In this document: one piece after another, positions 37,587-51,660 of the stretch
Numbering within the stretch: position 1 is the first letter of the stretch
Layout of the letters: each line of letters begins with the position of its first letter
Assembly: GCF_000143415.4 (NCBI RefSeq)
Contig: NW_003314295.1
Coordinates: 1,107,054 to 1,171,053, forward strand
Source: Selaginella moellendorffii
Taxonomy: Eukaryota > Plantae > Lycopodiophyta
DNA: 64,000 nt
Direction of reading: 5' to 3'
Position numbers and translations under genes: made by a program
The notes under the pieces: generated by a model
Database searches by the model: none
What the model saw: only the letters and a program-made list of their open reading frames with translations
Told to the model about the DNA's origin: nothing

Positions 37587-40500
37587 TTAGCTCGATGTTT
37601 GCTGCTGTAGCTCGATTTCTCGTGGCAAAGGTGAAGACTTTCGCCTGGAAATAATCTCTGCCTCGCGAGCAATGTCTATGTCCGAAGCCCACCACCGCTG
37701 CTTGACGACTTTCACCATGAATCGAGGCAGCAAAGCCAAGCACATAATGAGCAACAGATCAAACCAGTAGGTTGCTGTTCCGACGGCGTGATGAATGACC
37801 CTGCAATAACACAAACAAAACTTCTGATTAACTTTCCGGAAAAACAGACAAACCAATAAAGAAAACAAAAGAAAGAGCGAGAGAGGATCAGCGCATCAGC
37901 GTACCAGTAGTGGTAAATCGAAGTGGCATCTGTCAGCGAGTCCATAATGAAGAGAATGATGTAGGTGATAGCGATCGATCCCCATATTGCCAGATGCATG
38001 ATCCAGTTCCACACCTGGACGTCGAGAGCCAGATGTAAATTCACCAAAATGACAACCGCGGCCGTCCATAGTGTTCCCAGGCTCCAAATGTCTATAGTAC
38101 TCTCTTTGTATGTGAACCAGGGAACGTAGAAGAGGACCAAACTTTGCCACAGAGTGTCGAGCATTGTCAGCCAGAAGAGGTTTTGGTTGTAAGTCTCGTG
38201 GCGGAGCCCGGAACCGTAGAGTGTTGGCAAGCGGAGGAGAGTTTTGTGGCTCAAGTCCTTGTCAAAAATTGCCACCACTATGGTTGGAACCGACGTGAAC
38301 AGGAGCGAGTAGAAGATGAGATTTAGATCGACAAGAGCGGACTGTGAGGAGAATGCTGTATACAAAATATACCTGGAAGAAAAAACGTTAGATCTTGTCG
38401 CTATCAGTGGGTAGACTTGCTTTCTTACCAAAAGAGCATCATAACGAACACTGCGTTGCGGTAGAAGTTGTATAGAACCATGTATGCCAGTCTTTGATAG
38501 TTCCAGTGGCCGTGTACGAGGAGGAGTTTGTTAAGAAATCTGAATCTTGGCATTGCAAAATCCGATGCCATCACTGCTTGCCGGCCTTCTTGTCCGCTTA
38601 TACCAACGCCTACGTCCGCCATCTGAATCATGGCTACGTCATTCGCACCTAAAGATTAAAGATTAAAGAGAAATTATTCAAGAGAACTCCTAAACAAAGA
38701 TGATTACCATCTCCAATCGACAAGGTCATGGCTTTGTCTTTTCTCTTGATCAGCGACACAATGGCTGCCTTCTGATAAGGAGCGACACGGCAGCACAGAA
38801 CCGCGTGGCATGCGACAGCGACCTCGAATAGCTGCAAGATAGTTTTAAGCCACGGGAACAAACAAAACCGCTTCTCGTACCTCTTGATTGAGATCGTCCG
38901 AAAGAGCATGTACGAGACTGGTCCCATCGATTATAAGCGCCAAAGTACTGTCTCGCGCATTCTTTTTGACAGCCTGTGGAGTTACTTGAATGTTTAAAGA
39001 GCTAGAGCTCTTCTTCTTGTCCAAACCTCCAGTTTTTAACTTCGCTGCTTTCAAGGCACTGCGGCAACCTTCCTTGGAGCTCTCGTTGATGATAATTTGA
39101 TCCATGTCATGCGTTAACAACGCGGAGGAGTAGCCTATTGAGATAGCTGTTTCCTGTTTATCACCTGTCAGCACCCATACCCGAATGCCAGCTTCCCTTA
39201 GCGAGGATATGGCTTCAGGAACTCCGTCCTGCAGCTTATCCTCAATACCTGTAGCGCCTAGGAGAGTCAATCTGTTCTCTACAAAGGCCGCAGCAGCTTG
39301 AAGCATCTCCGCACGGTCGTGCAAGGCTGTACTGGCCTCCGAATACCGGCCCAACCATTTTTCAAACTCTGAACGTCCAAGAACTTTAGAAGCAACCACC
39401 AAGGTTCGCAAGCCATCCTGTGCAAAGTCCTTCAAATGCCTGAGTGTAGCCTCCCGAACGTCTTGCGACTCACTCGAAATGTTGACAATGTTCAGCATAT
39501 TTGTGTCCGCACCTTTAACCAGCACCTTGATCGTTTTATCCGGGCACTCGACAACAACTGACATTCGCTTGCGAACGCTGTCGAACTCGTGAATTCCCAG
39601 GATCTCATATCTATTGGAAAAAATAGAACACACTTAGCAACAGCTCGGGTACGAATAGAGATCAAAAGGTAAGTACCTTTCAGTAGTTCCTGAATTGCCG
39701 ATAACAATGGATGATGCCGTCCGTTCCATGAGCGTAAAGCCATAAGAACTGGCCGCTGCCACCAAAGCCTGTTCATCCGGAGACTCCCCTTGATACTCTA
39801 CGAAGCCAGAAGGTTCTATCTCCGCCGATGCAACTTCCATTTCTAGCTGACCAGAAGACGATTGAGTGACCCACGTAGGGACGACGGTGTTGCATGCCGC
39901 CAATACCAGAAAGAATTCTTTCACAGCCTCTGCCTCCGCAGTTCCAGCAGTCAAAATACTCTTCAGATCTGCATTTACTCTTGGTTTTGCTTCTTTTTCT
40001 GTGAGAAAAGAAATTTAAAAACGATTATTTATTCTGAGCACAAAACCATTACCTGAGATCTCGACGTCGCCAGAAGCTTTGGAGCCAGCTTTCGCGTACT
40101 TGACCCCGCAAATACTCGCAGAGTGAAACTCCATCATGTTCTCTGTCAAAGTCCCAGTTTTATCGGAAAACACGTACTTGACCTGCCCGAGGTCCTCGTT
40201 GATATTCAAGGCACGGCATTGAAGCCTCGAGTCCGTCTCGACATGCAACATCTCCGTATCCCTGACCATGAAAAACGTCTGCGCCAGACGAACTAGCTCC
40301 ATGGAAATGTAGAGCGAGAGGGGGATCATAATCTGGAAGCTGATCAAGCAGCTCAGAAAGGCGATCACAGCTTCACCGGCAACACCGTAGTACATATACT
40401 TGTCACCATCATCCGCACCAGATCGCGGAAACTCAGTTCTCTTGTAGTACGGCAGCATATCGAGCTCGTCGTCGCGTCTCGCCACCCACACGCCGGTGCC

Positions 40501-41874
40501 AACACCGCCGATCAGGCACAAGATGAAGAGAAACAGCGATAGCCACAGCGTCTCCCTGTTCATCTGCTGCTCGAGCTTGCTTCTCTTGGACTGAGCACCC
40601 GAGCTGTTAAGCATTGCCTTGGTCTCCTTCCCTGTATAGACAGCAACTCCCACGATCCACTGCGTGTTCTTGATCTCGCAACCCCTGAGAACTATGTTGT
40701 TTGGTCCCAGCGGAAGACGAGTCCCTGTCGGATTATCCGTGTCCAGATCTAAGTACGCCTTAAACTCGTAAATATTCCGGTTGGGATGCTCGCAGTGCAC
40801 CACCCCGTTAATCGGTTGGTCCTCGGGATGCCTCAAGAGCGTCTCCTGGTGAGCATACCTCGTCTTGAGATTCGACTCTCCATCCAGGTTGGTCGTCTGG
40901 ACGTACGCCACCCCGCTGGGATCGCTCGTCCCCAGCAAAACCAAGTCGCACGGCATCGTCTCATTGGCAAACACCTTGAGCAGCTCGCCAACTTGGATCT
41001 TCTTCCACTTCTTGGCCCGAAACTCCGACTCCTGGAAGACGTGAGCCAGGCGGTTGTTCTCGACGAGGTCCGACTTGTGACGAGCCCAATCCTCGTAGCC
41101 ATCTTTCACGGCCGTGACGAAGAGCACGAAAGCCAGTGGGATGATCGACGCTGTCCGACCGAAAACGGCGAGCTGCGGGATCTGGTTGAGCACCGCGATG
41201 ACGAGAAAGTAGACGTAGGCCAGGCGACGAAACTGCTCGAAGAGGTTCCGCGGGAGAAAAGAGTACCAGGTGTATTTGCTCGTCCGCACCCTGTTGCCTG
41301 CCATCTCATAATTCTCGTTGGTCCGGCCGGGATCGTTGACGTAAATCACTCGCTGGGCCGCCTCCTCGATCTTCCCGCTGACTGGAAGAATCGGCAAACT
41401 CGCTGATGGATTCCTCGAGATCCCCGCGCGGTGCGAAGGCGCTCGCGTCGATCGGAAGCTGGGGTCCTTCCTCAGCCGGGTGTTAGCGTTGCTGCTAGCC
41501 TGAGAGAGGCGATTGCTCGTCGAGGAAATCTCCTGGGAGCTGGCAGAGCGGGAGTGAGCGATGATCCCTGAAGAGGTGGACTCGATCGAAGACGGCCGTG
41601 CGGAGGAGTGGTGCTGGAGCGACCTGGAGCGCAGCATTTCCGGCTGTGGATTGGGAGGAAGAGGCGCTCGATGATCGGTCGTGCTTGAGACGTGGGTGTG
41701 CTGGGATTTCGAATGAGGCAGCCGCGGCGGCGGCGGCGGCGGCGGCGGCGGCCATCTCTCGCTGGAATTTCGAGACGATTCCACTCCTTGCGACGAATCT
41801 GCCGCTGCCGACGCTGTCGCTGGATCATCGGTCGGGCTTGGAAGTGGCGACGGCGATAATAAATGCCGAGACAT
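37587..41874 (-). CDS. ALA1: P4-type phospholipid-transporting ATPase, ALA1-like; multi-exon
   Basis: [61 protein letters not shown]. Confidence 0.93.
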
Positions 41875-42397
41875 AGAACAAAGAACTAACCTCCCTCCTT
41901 TCTAGCGCGGAGAATGAGAAGGATGAATCGCTCCTCCCGGCGGCTGGAGTGGAATCGCTGCTGCTGCCGCTTCGATAATCTTCGGCCACGCATCAGATCG
42001 GCGCAACACTCGTCGCGAAGTCAACAGTGAACGCCCAATCCTGTCCACATCCACCACCTATACAAAGAATTTGTCGCAGAAAGCAGCAGGCATTGAGAAA
42101 TCCCGAGCTTTAATCTAGAATGCGCTCGAATCGAGACAGCTGCTGCTGGCCAGTGGCGAGGAATCCTCCCAAACCCTATCTCTACTCTATAGTCGCGCAA
42201 GAACCCTAATTCCCAACAAGAGAAATTCAATACACGCCACGTTTGACGGCCACCCCATTCAAACCGAAGCTTCACACACGGAGAAGGGTGGACGCTTCCC
42301 CGGTCAAAGGGAAATCTAATGACGTGGCGGATGCCGGCTACTGGAATTTAAAAGTGCATATTCTAGCGTATATTCTTTGGGTTCGCGCGAAATGCGA

Positions 42398-45300
42398 CTA
42401 GCGCCCAACGGGATCGCAAATCTCTCTCTTCCTGGCGCCGCCGCTCATCAGCCTGGATCCTACGAGGTCAGCTATAAGATCCTCCATCACCGATCGAAAG
42501 ATCATCCTCTCCAAATCCACTCCAATTTCGATGCTATCGCTTGTCAAGGCCCTCCACTTCCCGCCTTCTGTGCTCATGTCCACCTCTACGAGCTCGTCGA
42601 CCATCCCCAGCGTCATCTCTCGCCACGAGAGGATGAAGCTGCTGACTTCGGCCACCAGATCCTCGCCGAGCGGTCTCTGGGCGATCGAGCTGCTGCTGCT
42701 GCTTGCTAAGATGACGCTGCTGCTGCTTGCGATGATCGAGCTCGCGCGGTTGTCGTCCCGGAATGGATCCAGCACCAGGTCCAGAGCCTCGGCGATGCAC
42801 TCGTGCATGAGCTTGTGGCACGATCCGGGAGCTTCCAAGCACCGGACTTGAGAGGAGTCACTGCTCGACACGAATTCCACCATTCCCTGCTGCTCCTGCT
42901 GGATTGCTAGCTGCTTGTCGAGCCTCTGGAAGATTTCTTCCGTGCATGGGACCGTCGACGGCGTCTCGTCTACTTCCTCGCCGGTAAAGCCTGATGCTAC
43001 CAGAACTTCTCTAACGTAGAACTCTATCTCCTGCCCCTCGCAGCTCGCTGCCTCTTCTACTCCGACCTCTGGAAAATCTGGGAAGCAGCTCGTAACGCTG
43101 CTGTAACTTTCTAAGTCTAGATTTGCCTTGCAATCGCTGATGCTGCCGACGAGAACTTGATGGTCGCTTCCCGTGAAAATACTGTCAGCATCAGACTCCA
43201 AAACACGCTTGCTATCTGTGATACGATATTAAGACTTGAAATAAGAAAATCAAAGCTGTTGCTTACCGTCATCGAGTTCCTCGCAGCTAGTGGTCACTTC
43301 TGATGGAAACGGCGATTGCAAAGCCGAAAAGTCCAGCACAGAAACTGGACTCGGTTGTCCACCATCAACTTCGGCAGTACCTGTTTTCGAATTAGCTTCA
43401 GCATCTGAAGAAGGAAGGGCCAAAGGAGTCGCTGTTGTGTGCTTCTCGTCATCTTCGAACTGAAAAAGAATTATAAACTGTGAGTGAGAGTGGCTGACAA
43501 GCCACAGAAAAAAGAGTACCTGAAGAACTTTGCAGGGAAGGTCCTCCGTTTGATCGATCTCGAAGCGGCTCTGGGGCTCGATAGGCGACAGCTCCATATC
43601 AATAACGTTGCCATCGTCTTCATTCGCAACTTCTTCGCTCATTTCGAAAGACGAACTCTTTTTGCCACTCAGCGGACTGTCACCTATGCTCGTCTTGCCA
43701 AGAGATTTAGACAGAATGGTCTTGAGAATTTCCTCCAAGCTCTTGTCTGCGATCATGTCTGGCTCAAAATGCATCCTTTCAACTGCCTGAACCTTCTCTG
43801 GAGATACATCAAGCACTGGTTCCTCCAGAACGTTGTCTTCTTGCAGATTCATTCGATTCCAATCCTTAGTCACGTCCAAGGAAACCACATCCCGCTTAGA
43901 CGTCTCTTTGAGATTTCGTCCGGGGCTTGATCCACCGGATCTCGTCTGCCTCTCGTATGCATGCTGAATGTGATCGTTACTGCTTCTTTGCTGCTTTGGA
44001 CATTCCATCGCCTTCTTCTTGGAGCTTGACACTGTTTCAGCTTTGTTTAGTGGCTTCCGTCGGAGTAACGATTTCATCAACGAGTTGTCGTTGTTCTTGT
44101 TTGGCTGCGGCTTTACGCTTTCTTCATCCTTACTAGACGACAGTTTCTTTGATGCTTGTTTCTCGCCTACGCTGCTTCTGCTGCTGTTGTTGTTAGTCTT
44201 GCTGGTCTCTCCTTCTTTAGGACTGGAGCTCTTTGGCTGCTTCCGGGTCTTAAACAGCCGATCGTAGCTGAGAAGGCTGCTGCTCTTACCATCCTTCTCT
44301 TCCTGCGCATTGCGTATTTGCCTTGATGTTTTGCTCTTTTGTTGTTCCTGCGGCTGTTCCTGAAGGTTTCCACGTTGAACTTGTGCCGTTCTCCGTTGAT
44401 CAAGCGGCGGCTTCCTTGGCTTTTGAGCGCCAACTTCTGTGGACGTCTCTTGAAGACTGATCGGCCCCTGACGCTTCTCCCTCTTCTCCCTCTTCAACCG
44501 AACTTCCTTCCCACCGCTTACTGGAGTCGTCGTTGAGGAAACAGAGCTTTTACCACCACTATGGCTACTCTCCTGTTGAGACGTAGGTTGTAAAGGCTGC
44601 GGGGAGCTCTGTACTTCTTCCCTCACACTCTTACTACGAAAAAGCGATCCCCTGGAAGGTGGTGTTGGGGGCTGCTCTTCCTTAACGCTTCCGCTTCTTG
44701 AAAGTTTTGGAGGACCAACAACCTTTTGAAGTTTTGCCGCAGAGCTGCTAACAATAATCCGGTTCTCCTTGCTACTCGAGGCCTGTGAATCGCTCAGCGA
44801 GTCATCATCACCGTCCTCTCGAACCTCGCACGCTGTAACAACTTCTTCCAGCCTGGGAGACTGTTGCTGTGGCTTACTTGACGTACTTTTCGTAGGAGTA
44901 CCTCTGTCGGCAGCTTTGCTTCCACTTTTGCTACTGGTCTTGCAAGGTAACAGTGAACCCGGGCCTCTTGTCAACCCGCTACTTCTTTGGACCTCCTGCT
45001 GTTCTTTGGGCTTCTGTTGCTGTGGAGCCTGTTTATTGGTTTTCGGCAAACTTTTTCTCAACTCGGCGTAAACTCGATTGCCTCCACTTTTCGCAGATGA
45101 ACTCGAATTCTCAGTGGCACCTGGAGCGTTTTCCAGCAACGGACGCGAACGACTGGCTTGAATCCCTGGTTCAAGAATTCTAGCAGCGGCCCCCATAAGT
45201 AGAGCAGTCCTCCTGTGGCTGTTCTGACTTTTTATCGGTGGGGCTACCTTGTTACTGCTCTTTGAAGGTGACAAGATAGACGCAAATGGAATTCCTGACT

Positions 45301-46076
45301 TTTTCGGCGACAACGGAAGCTTCGCAAACTTCTGCATGGGATCTTGATCTTTCCTTGCGTTCTTCGGCATTTTTTCTTCCACCCGCACCTTGTTTCCTGG
45401 TGAAGATTCCATCTCCCTTCTAATTTTCCTTAACTCATCTGGCCGCTTTTGAAGAAGATCCTCCATCATTTGAAGTTCCTGATACTGTTGCATTATTCTG
45501 TGTTTCTCCTGACTCTGCTGCTTGAAAAATGTCTCTTTCGTTTGAACCTCGGCCTCGGGAAGGGATTCCAAACCCATGAGACGTGCAACAATTCCTGGCT
45601 TCTTGCTTGATCCATACTCAGACGATTTCTCAGAACCGAACTCGGACTGCGACTCGCTGTTTGAATGCACCCCTCGGTTCTCGTCGGCTATCTGAAAGAA
45701 CAGTTTGAATCATTTTTAAAACCACTAAAGGCAGGCACGGAGCACGGAGAGACATACCAGCAAGAGCTTTGCCATTGGAAGCTTTTCGTCGTTGAACTTA
45801 TTGCTCGGAGGCCTCTCTGTAACGAAACCCGAAAAGAAAAAGAAAAAGAAAAGAAAAACAAAACATTAAAATCAAACTCAGAATCGCGACAATGAGATCT
45901 GCTTGAGTTTGAAACGAACCTGCTGGAAGCGACTTTGTGGAGAACAGATGTTTCCCAGAGAGCCTCCTGTTCCAATCGAAGAGCTGAAAAAACACACCGA
46001 CGCATCCCCCGACTTTGGGAGGCTTCCCATCTGTATTTGAAAGGCTGGAGAGCAGCCTCCCAGGCGTATCGGTCAT
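42398..46076 (-). CDS. TON1-recruiting-motif / LONGIFOLIA-like protein (VARLMGL + DUF4378); multi-exon
   Basis: GCVGVFFQLFDW, IVARLMGLESLP, PSPVSVLD, and C-terminal VDELVEVDM...EIGVDLERMIFRSVMEDL. Confidence 0.85.
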
Positions 46077-48027
46077 CTCCTGGCCGAATCGATCTCGGAA
46101 CGCCTAAAACACCCCCTGCTCTCGAAATGCTGTTCCTGATCCTCCACACTCAATCTTCGCCCAAATCTGGTTCCACAACCATCTTCGACTGTCCCTGCTC
46201 CCAATGTAAAAAGCCAGACAATGTCCCTACTACTTTCCCTCTTTGCGACTCGCGGAAAAACCCAGGCAGACACACACAAGGGAGGGAGCTGTGCAAGCGG
46301 CCAAAGCCTCGCAACAACTCAAACGCAAAGCGACAGGATACAGACAGACAGCAGACACAAAATGCCCAATCCGTTTTCCAAATGCCAGAAGGAAAAAAAG
46401 GAAGATACTCAAAGAGAAGACGAAGAGCAAAGAAGCAGCCGGCAAGGAAAGAATGGCACGACGCTAGAGCTAAAGCTGTGCTTTGTTGGCTCTAAGAACA
46501 AAACAGCAAACGGTATGACGGCTTTCCACAATCAAGCAGCCAGAAAAGGGACAATGCAGGAACAAATGCAGCGCTGGAAAGCCTGCTCCACCCTCTTGCC
46601 CGCCTGCATTCCTCCCAGACACCGAGAGCGACGCATCGCCCTACTCGCAGCTCATGAAAATCACCCGCTCAAACCGATCAAACGCATGCGTCACACAAGC
46701 ACACAAGTAGAAAGTCCCAAAAACCACCCCTCTCGCAGGAAAGCCCCGGATCTCCAGCCGCCGCCACTCCTGGCCGCGATTCAGCGGAGACCGAGCGGCG
46801 CACCAAGAATCTCGACGCCTGACTGCCCTAGCCTTACGCTGAAGCGCGATCGATCGCCGATGCCGGTGGCGAGGAGATCTTCTTCCATGGCGGTGGTCTG
46901 ATCGCTCCTCCACGCGCTCCTCCTCCTAGCCTAGGTCACCGAAGCCCGGAGCGCTGTTTGATTTCCATTTCCATCCCTCCTGTGGGGCGAACTTCGAGGA
47001 AGCCCATGAAAGATTCAAAATCGAAGAGGAGGAGGCCTGTTTAATCCTTAATCACGAGATTAAACAAAACAAACCCGGTTTAGGACATAAGCAAAGGGCT
47101 ACTTTAGCTAAATCTGGTGGAGCCGCCAGGTTTAGCGTTACCTCGATGTCGCGGCATTGCTTGTTTGCTTCCCGTGCCTGGGGGAAGCCAGCTGGCCAAA
47201 CACCAGCCAAAAAGGAGACGAATATACCACGGTACGTGCATGCTGTGTCAACCACGTAAAAAACGAATAATCGGCCTTTGGTCTTTATGGCCGCTTCTAG
47301 TGGTGTCACGCACACACGGTACGGACACGGGGTCCCCCCAAATCAACCTTGCGTGAAGTAAAAATGGCCGTTCTTACAAGAATCAAAAATTTTGAAAAGG
47401 AGAGATCTATGTTACAGTTACTGGCAGGAGGGTTGAGAAATTCAATTCCACCACCTTATCTCGAGTTAAATATTCGTATGACTCTTTGTTTTTCTAGGGC
47501 AACAGGGGGAGGAGTCAGGGTGGCATAATGGCTGGCTGGCCCCCCTGACTGACTGCACAGAACTCATGCTGGAATCATCCTCTTCTAGATGGCAAGCTTC
47601 TCAATGTATCAACTAAAACATCTATATTTAAGAAAAAGAGAGATCTTTTAGATGAAGATATTCTCAATTCATGCTCATCTCATGTGCTCAACAGGAACCA
47701 CTTTTGCGCTGAAAGCGACTTGCAAATCCACCCTAATCATTCCATGTGGCCACCATTGTTTTCGCATGATCTTAACTTCATGCCTTTGAGTCGATCTTAC
47801 TTTACCCTTGGAAAGAAATCTCTATGCTTTTTTTTTTCTTGATTCCACGAGGTAGTGGCGACTTAAAACTCGGGAGGAGGAGCTCTCGATTTCCCTGCAC
47901 TAAACAAGTTAAGGTGTTATTTTTTTTTATAGAATAGAGTGTTCTTGAGAAACTCGTACCTCCTCCTCCCGGAGTGTTCTTCTCGAGGAGCTTTGACTCG
48001 CCACGCCACTCCTGACTCGTGTTGGAT

Positions 48028-50253
48028 TCAGTCAAGGATTCCAGCTAGTCCCATCTTCTTGATGGTGAGCCTGGGTATTGCGGGAGCGCTGGAGAATCCT
48101 AGGCTTGCCCAGTATTTCCTTGAGTACTCCACAACCGTGTGCTTGTCGATCGACAGAGACTTAGCCGTGGTGTAATATCCCAGCCACGATTGGTACGCCC
48201 TGGTTCCAATCGTTTGGTCGATGTCTGAGATCACTGACCTTAGCTGCAAGAGTTGGAGCGAAGGACTCGGCGTTTGTAATTTTAAAACTTCTCCTAAAGT
48301 TTTACGTACCTTCTTCGACAAATCCAAAACTTTTGGTGTCTCCATTCGCCCGATTGATATGTCCTTCAGCTTTCTCAGGAAAGGCTCTTCCCAAGGGAGT
48401 AGAATCAAAACTCCCTGCCCCTCCTTTCCTGCACGGCCAGTTCGTCCAAGGCGATGGATATACTGCTCCCGAGCTGCTGGAACTCCAATCTGGAAGAATG
48501 ATATGTCAACTCTCGTCGCCTTGAAAACTTGTCATTCCAAACCTGAACCACCAAGGTAACGTCCGGATAATCAATCCCTCGAGCGGAGACATCCGACGTA
48601 AACATAATGAGTCCGCCTTTGCAATTACGAAACTCGTCAGATACGCGAGTGCGATACGTTTGTGTCTTGCGCGAATGTATTTCTCGTACGTTGAAACCCA
48701 GCTTCTGATAGAGTGCAGCCATGTAAGCTGTTATGTTTGCAGTAGTGCAAAACACCAGAACCTGAGAATCGAGTTAGCAGTCAATCATGATTTTGAAATG
48801 GACGCATCACCTTGTATTTCGGTTCCACAGCGATGTGTTCTTTCAGAATTGAGTATAACACCGCAAACTGACTTTCTTGTGGAACGACAGCATACTTCTG
48901 GTTTACCTGTTTGACAGAAGCACACAAATATTCAGAAGTGAGCGATAGAAAACAAAGCATACCATTGCGTGTGTTTCAGTGTCCTGTCCGACAGTATCAA
49001 CGAACTTATGATCCGGCTTCAAAGCCAACTGAGAGATGCTATGCACCTGTGGAACAAAGCATAGTAAAAGAACCATGGTGAAACGTGGAGATAAAATACT
49101 TCTTTGGGAATGGTTGCCGAGAAGAGAAGCGTTTGACGTTTTTTTGGAAGAGCTTTTAGGATCTCGGTGAGATTTTGACGGAATCCCATGTCCAGCAAGG
49201 TGTCTGCTTCGTCAAGAATAAGGATTTTCACGGATTTCAACTGATCGGCAAAGCCTCTCGCATTTTGTATGTGATCTAGTAGCCTTCCCGGTGTGCCAAC
49301 CAAAATCTGGAAAGCGGCAAAATGTTGTCAAAAACCACAAAGCGTATTTGCATTTACCTGGCAAGGCTGGAGCTTTATCTTCTTGGCTTCCATGACAGAG
49401 CTGTTCCCACCTATAGCAGTCTGAGCTCCCAGTTCATTGTGGAATTTCATCAAGGTTTGAGCCTCAACAGCCGCTTGCATCGCCAGTTCTCTTGTCGGAC
49501 AGATGACAAGAGCGCGAATGGGATTTTCATGATAAGTTTGCGCATTCTTGCTCGCCAGAATGGTCTCAATAGTCGGAAGCTACATATACACACAGTTTTA
49601 TAAGAAAGAGAAAACGAAACCGCACAATAGCAAGTACCAACCAAGAACGCAATCGTCTTCCCCGTGCCCGTTTTTGCCTTGGCCAGAACATCCTCGCCTA
49701 TACCCAAGTAAAAGAAACCATGATCTAGAAAACCAGAGAAAGAACTAATACAAGGCAGACCTTTGAGAATCAATGGTAAAGTCGCTTCTTGCACCATTGT
49801 CATCACCTCGTAGCCCAGCACATTCTTAATCGCCTTGAGCGTGAGAGCATGAACTTCAAACTGATCAAATCTGGGAAGAAACCCAGAAAATATCAAGCCA
49901 CAGAAGAAGAGTTAGTCCGAAACTCACCGTGAATTCGATAGATGAGACTTCTTGCCATTGTCCACAGGAATGCTCCCCTGGCTTGAAAGAGGAGGCGCCG
50001 GAGATGGAGGCGCTAGCGACGTTGATGGAGGCGCGAGCGCATCCGCTACGCTCACCTCCTTCTTTCTCCTGAGGCGCCGGGCCGCTCGCTCGTCCTGGTC
50101 GACGACAGCAGCCGCGGCAATCGAAAACCCACGCGCATTTACCCTGGATTTCTTCGCTCCAGCTCCAAATGCCGCCATTCCAACACTGCTAATGGCACCA
50201 AGCGGCTGCGCGCGCTTGAGCCCCATGGCTCCAGCTAGGCGCACTAGCTCCAT
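48028..50253 (-). CDS. DEAD-box RNA helicase, RH25/26/31 (Mss116-like), probably organellar; multi-exon
   Basis: [53 protein letters not shown]; transit-peptide-like N-terminus. Confidence 0.9.
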
Positions 50254-50277
50254 GGATAGAAAAATGGGAGGAGCCTA

Positions 50278-50297
50278 CCTAAAACCCTAAACCCTAG
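50278..50297. promoter_or_regulatory. Telo-box (AAACCCTA x2) upstream of the helicase
   Basis: CCTAAAACCCTAAACCCTAG about 30 nt upstream of the helicase ATG. Confidence 0.55.
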
Positions 50298-50353
50298 CCG
50301 CGCAATAAACAGAGAACACAAAGTATTTCAAAGAAAATTTGGGGACAAATCGA

Positions 50354-50830
50354 TCAGCCAGGGCCGACCTTTGGAATGTCGTAGTGCTCGCTCAAATTCG
50401 CGAGGTACTGATTAAACTCCTCCACTCTTTGCCTGTGCGATTTCGAGGCCATCTTCGCCAGTCTCGTCTCCTCGAGCTTGGCCTTCTGCTCGTGATACCT
50501 CTTCTCCGCTGGGGTTCGATGATCTTCCACCACCGCCGGCATCATCCGCCCCTCCTCCTCCTCCTCCTCCTCGTCGCCGCCCAGATTTCTCCGCTGCTGC
50601 TGCTGCTGCTGCTGTTGCCGCTGGCGATTGTAGAGATCTTGGCGATCTTGGTCTTCTCCCTCCTCTCCCTCCCCAGGAGCTCCATCGCCGCCGCTGCTAA
50701 CCCCATCGATTACCTCTGTTGGCACATACTCGGATCGCCGAGGCTTCTTCTTCTTCTTCTTGGTGCCGCTCACATCCAGCGCCCGCCCCTTGAGCTTGAG
50801 CTTCCCCACAACCACGCCATCGTAAGACAT
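50354..50830 (-). CDS. FAM32A-like protein (DUF1754)
   Basis: GKLKLKG N-terminus, RTPAE, SHRQRVEEFNQYLANLSEHYDIPKVGPG. Confidence 0.9.
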   Translation of the reverse strand: MSYDGVVVGKLKLKGRALDVSGTKKKKKKPRRSEYVPTEVIDGVSSGGDGAPGEGEEGEDQDRQDLYNRQRQQQQQQQQRRNLGGDEEEEEEEGRMMPAVVEDHRTPAEKRYHEQKAKLEETRLAKMASKSHRQRVEEFNQYLANLSEHYDIPKVGPG

Positions 50831-51329
50831 CTAGCCTAAGAGCCCTAAAATTTGGCCCAGGAGCCCTAAAACCTTCGGCAAAAGGGCTAACGAAGAATAT
50901 ACCGATGCGGAAAAGATGCTTTTATGTTAGCCAACTGGTTTAATGACTAGTTTGCATAATCCAGCCCCTTTTCTTTTGTGTGCCCTAATTACAAATTCCT
51001 CCAGATTCAAGCTGACTTGATCAGCTCCAAGAGTGCTTGCTGCTGTTGGAGCTAACAAAGCTCCTTGGATTTCCTCTCAGGCACTAGCGAAGGGGAAACA
51101 GGCCCTTTCAAAGTTCGTGTTCATGGAAATCTCTACTTGTAAGGTTTGCTTTCTCGTAGTTCTCTCCATTCTGTCTTTGTTTGTGTTCTTGATCTTGCCA
51201 AGGTTTTGTTGTCTTGTCTCGAGTGTTGTTTGTTCTATATGTTTGTGTTGCTGGAAATCCATGTTTTCTTTCTACATGTTTGCCAGCCACGGCCCGTTCC
51301 TGGGCAACTGGTGCCTGCTTCTCTGCCGT

Positions 51330-51660
51330 GGACGGCCTCCAGGCGGAACTTTTCTTTCGAGAAAGTTCCTGAACAATGTTTGCATGGAACTTAATGCTTG
51401 CGCAACTGCTGAAAGGAGCAGACATCTACTTGGAACTGGAGCGTGAGAGGGTTGGATGCCCGAGCAACGTGAACGGGCTAACCACAACATGGCGACGCGG
51501 CGCCGCTCTTCGAAGCCAAGGACGCCCCGACCTCGTCCTAGGTGTGGAACGCGCTCATTGCAGGATTCAGCGGACTAGATCAAAGAGATCCTTCGTGGAC
51601 TCGTGCCGATTTGTACCGGGACGGGACCAGATGCCGGTGCGCTGCGACGACATTGGCTCA
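51330..51660 (+). pseudogene. Possible decayed PPR-gene fragment
   Basis: Broken frames with WNLMLAQ and WNALIAGFS PPR-like starts; a second remnant at ~54630-54790 (MLMAYA*...DAKRFF, IFDQM). Confidence 0.35.

Noticed and set aside
38987-39028. Possible 42-nt in-frame retained intron (exitron) in ALA1
   Set aside because: Cannot be distinguished from an ordinary short intron or a variable loop without transcripts.
45935-46913. ORFs of 186 and 226 aa upstream of the TRM-like gene
   Set aside because: They lie antisense over the probable 5' UTR and intron and have no recognisable domains.
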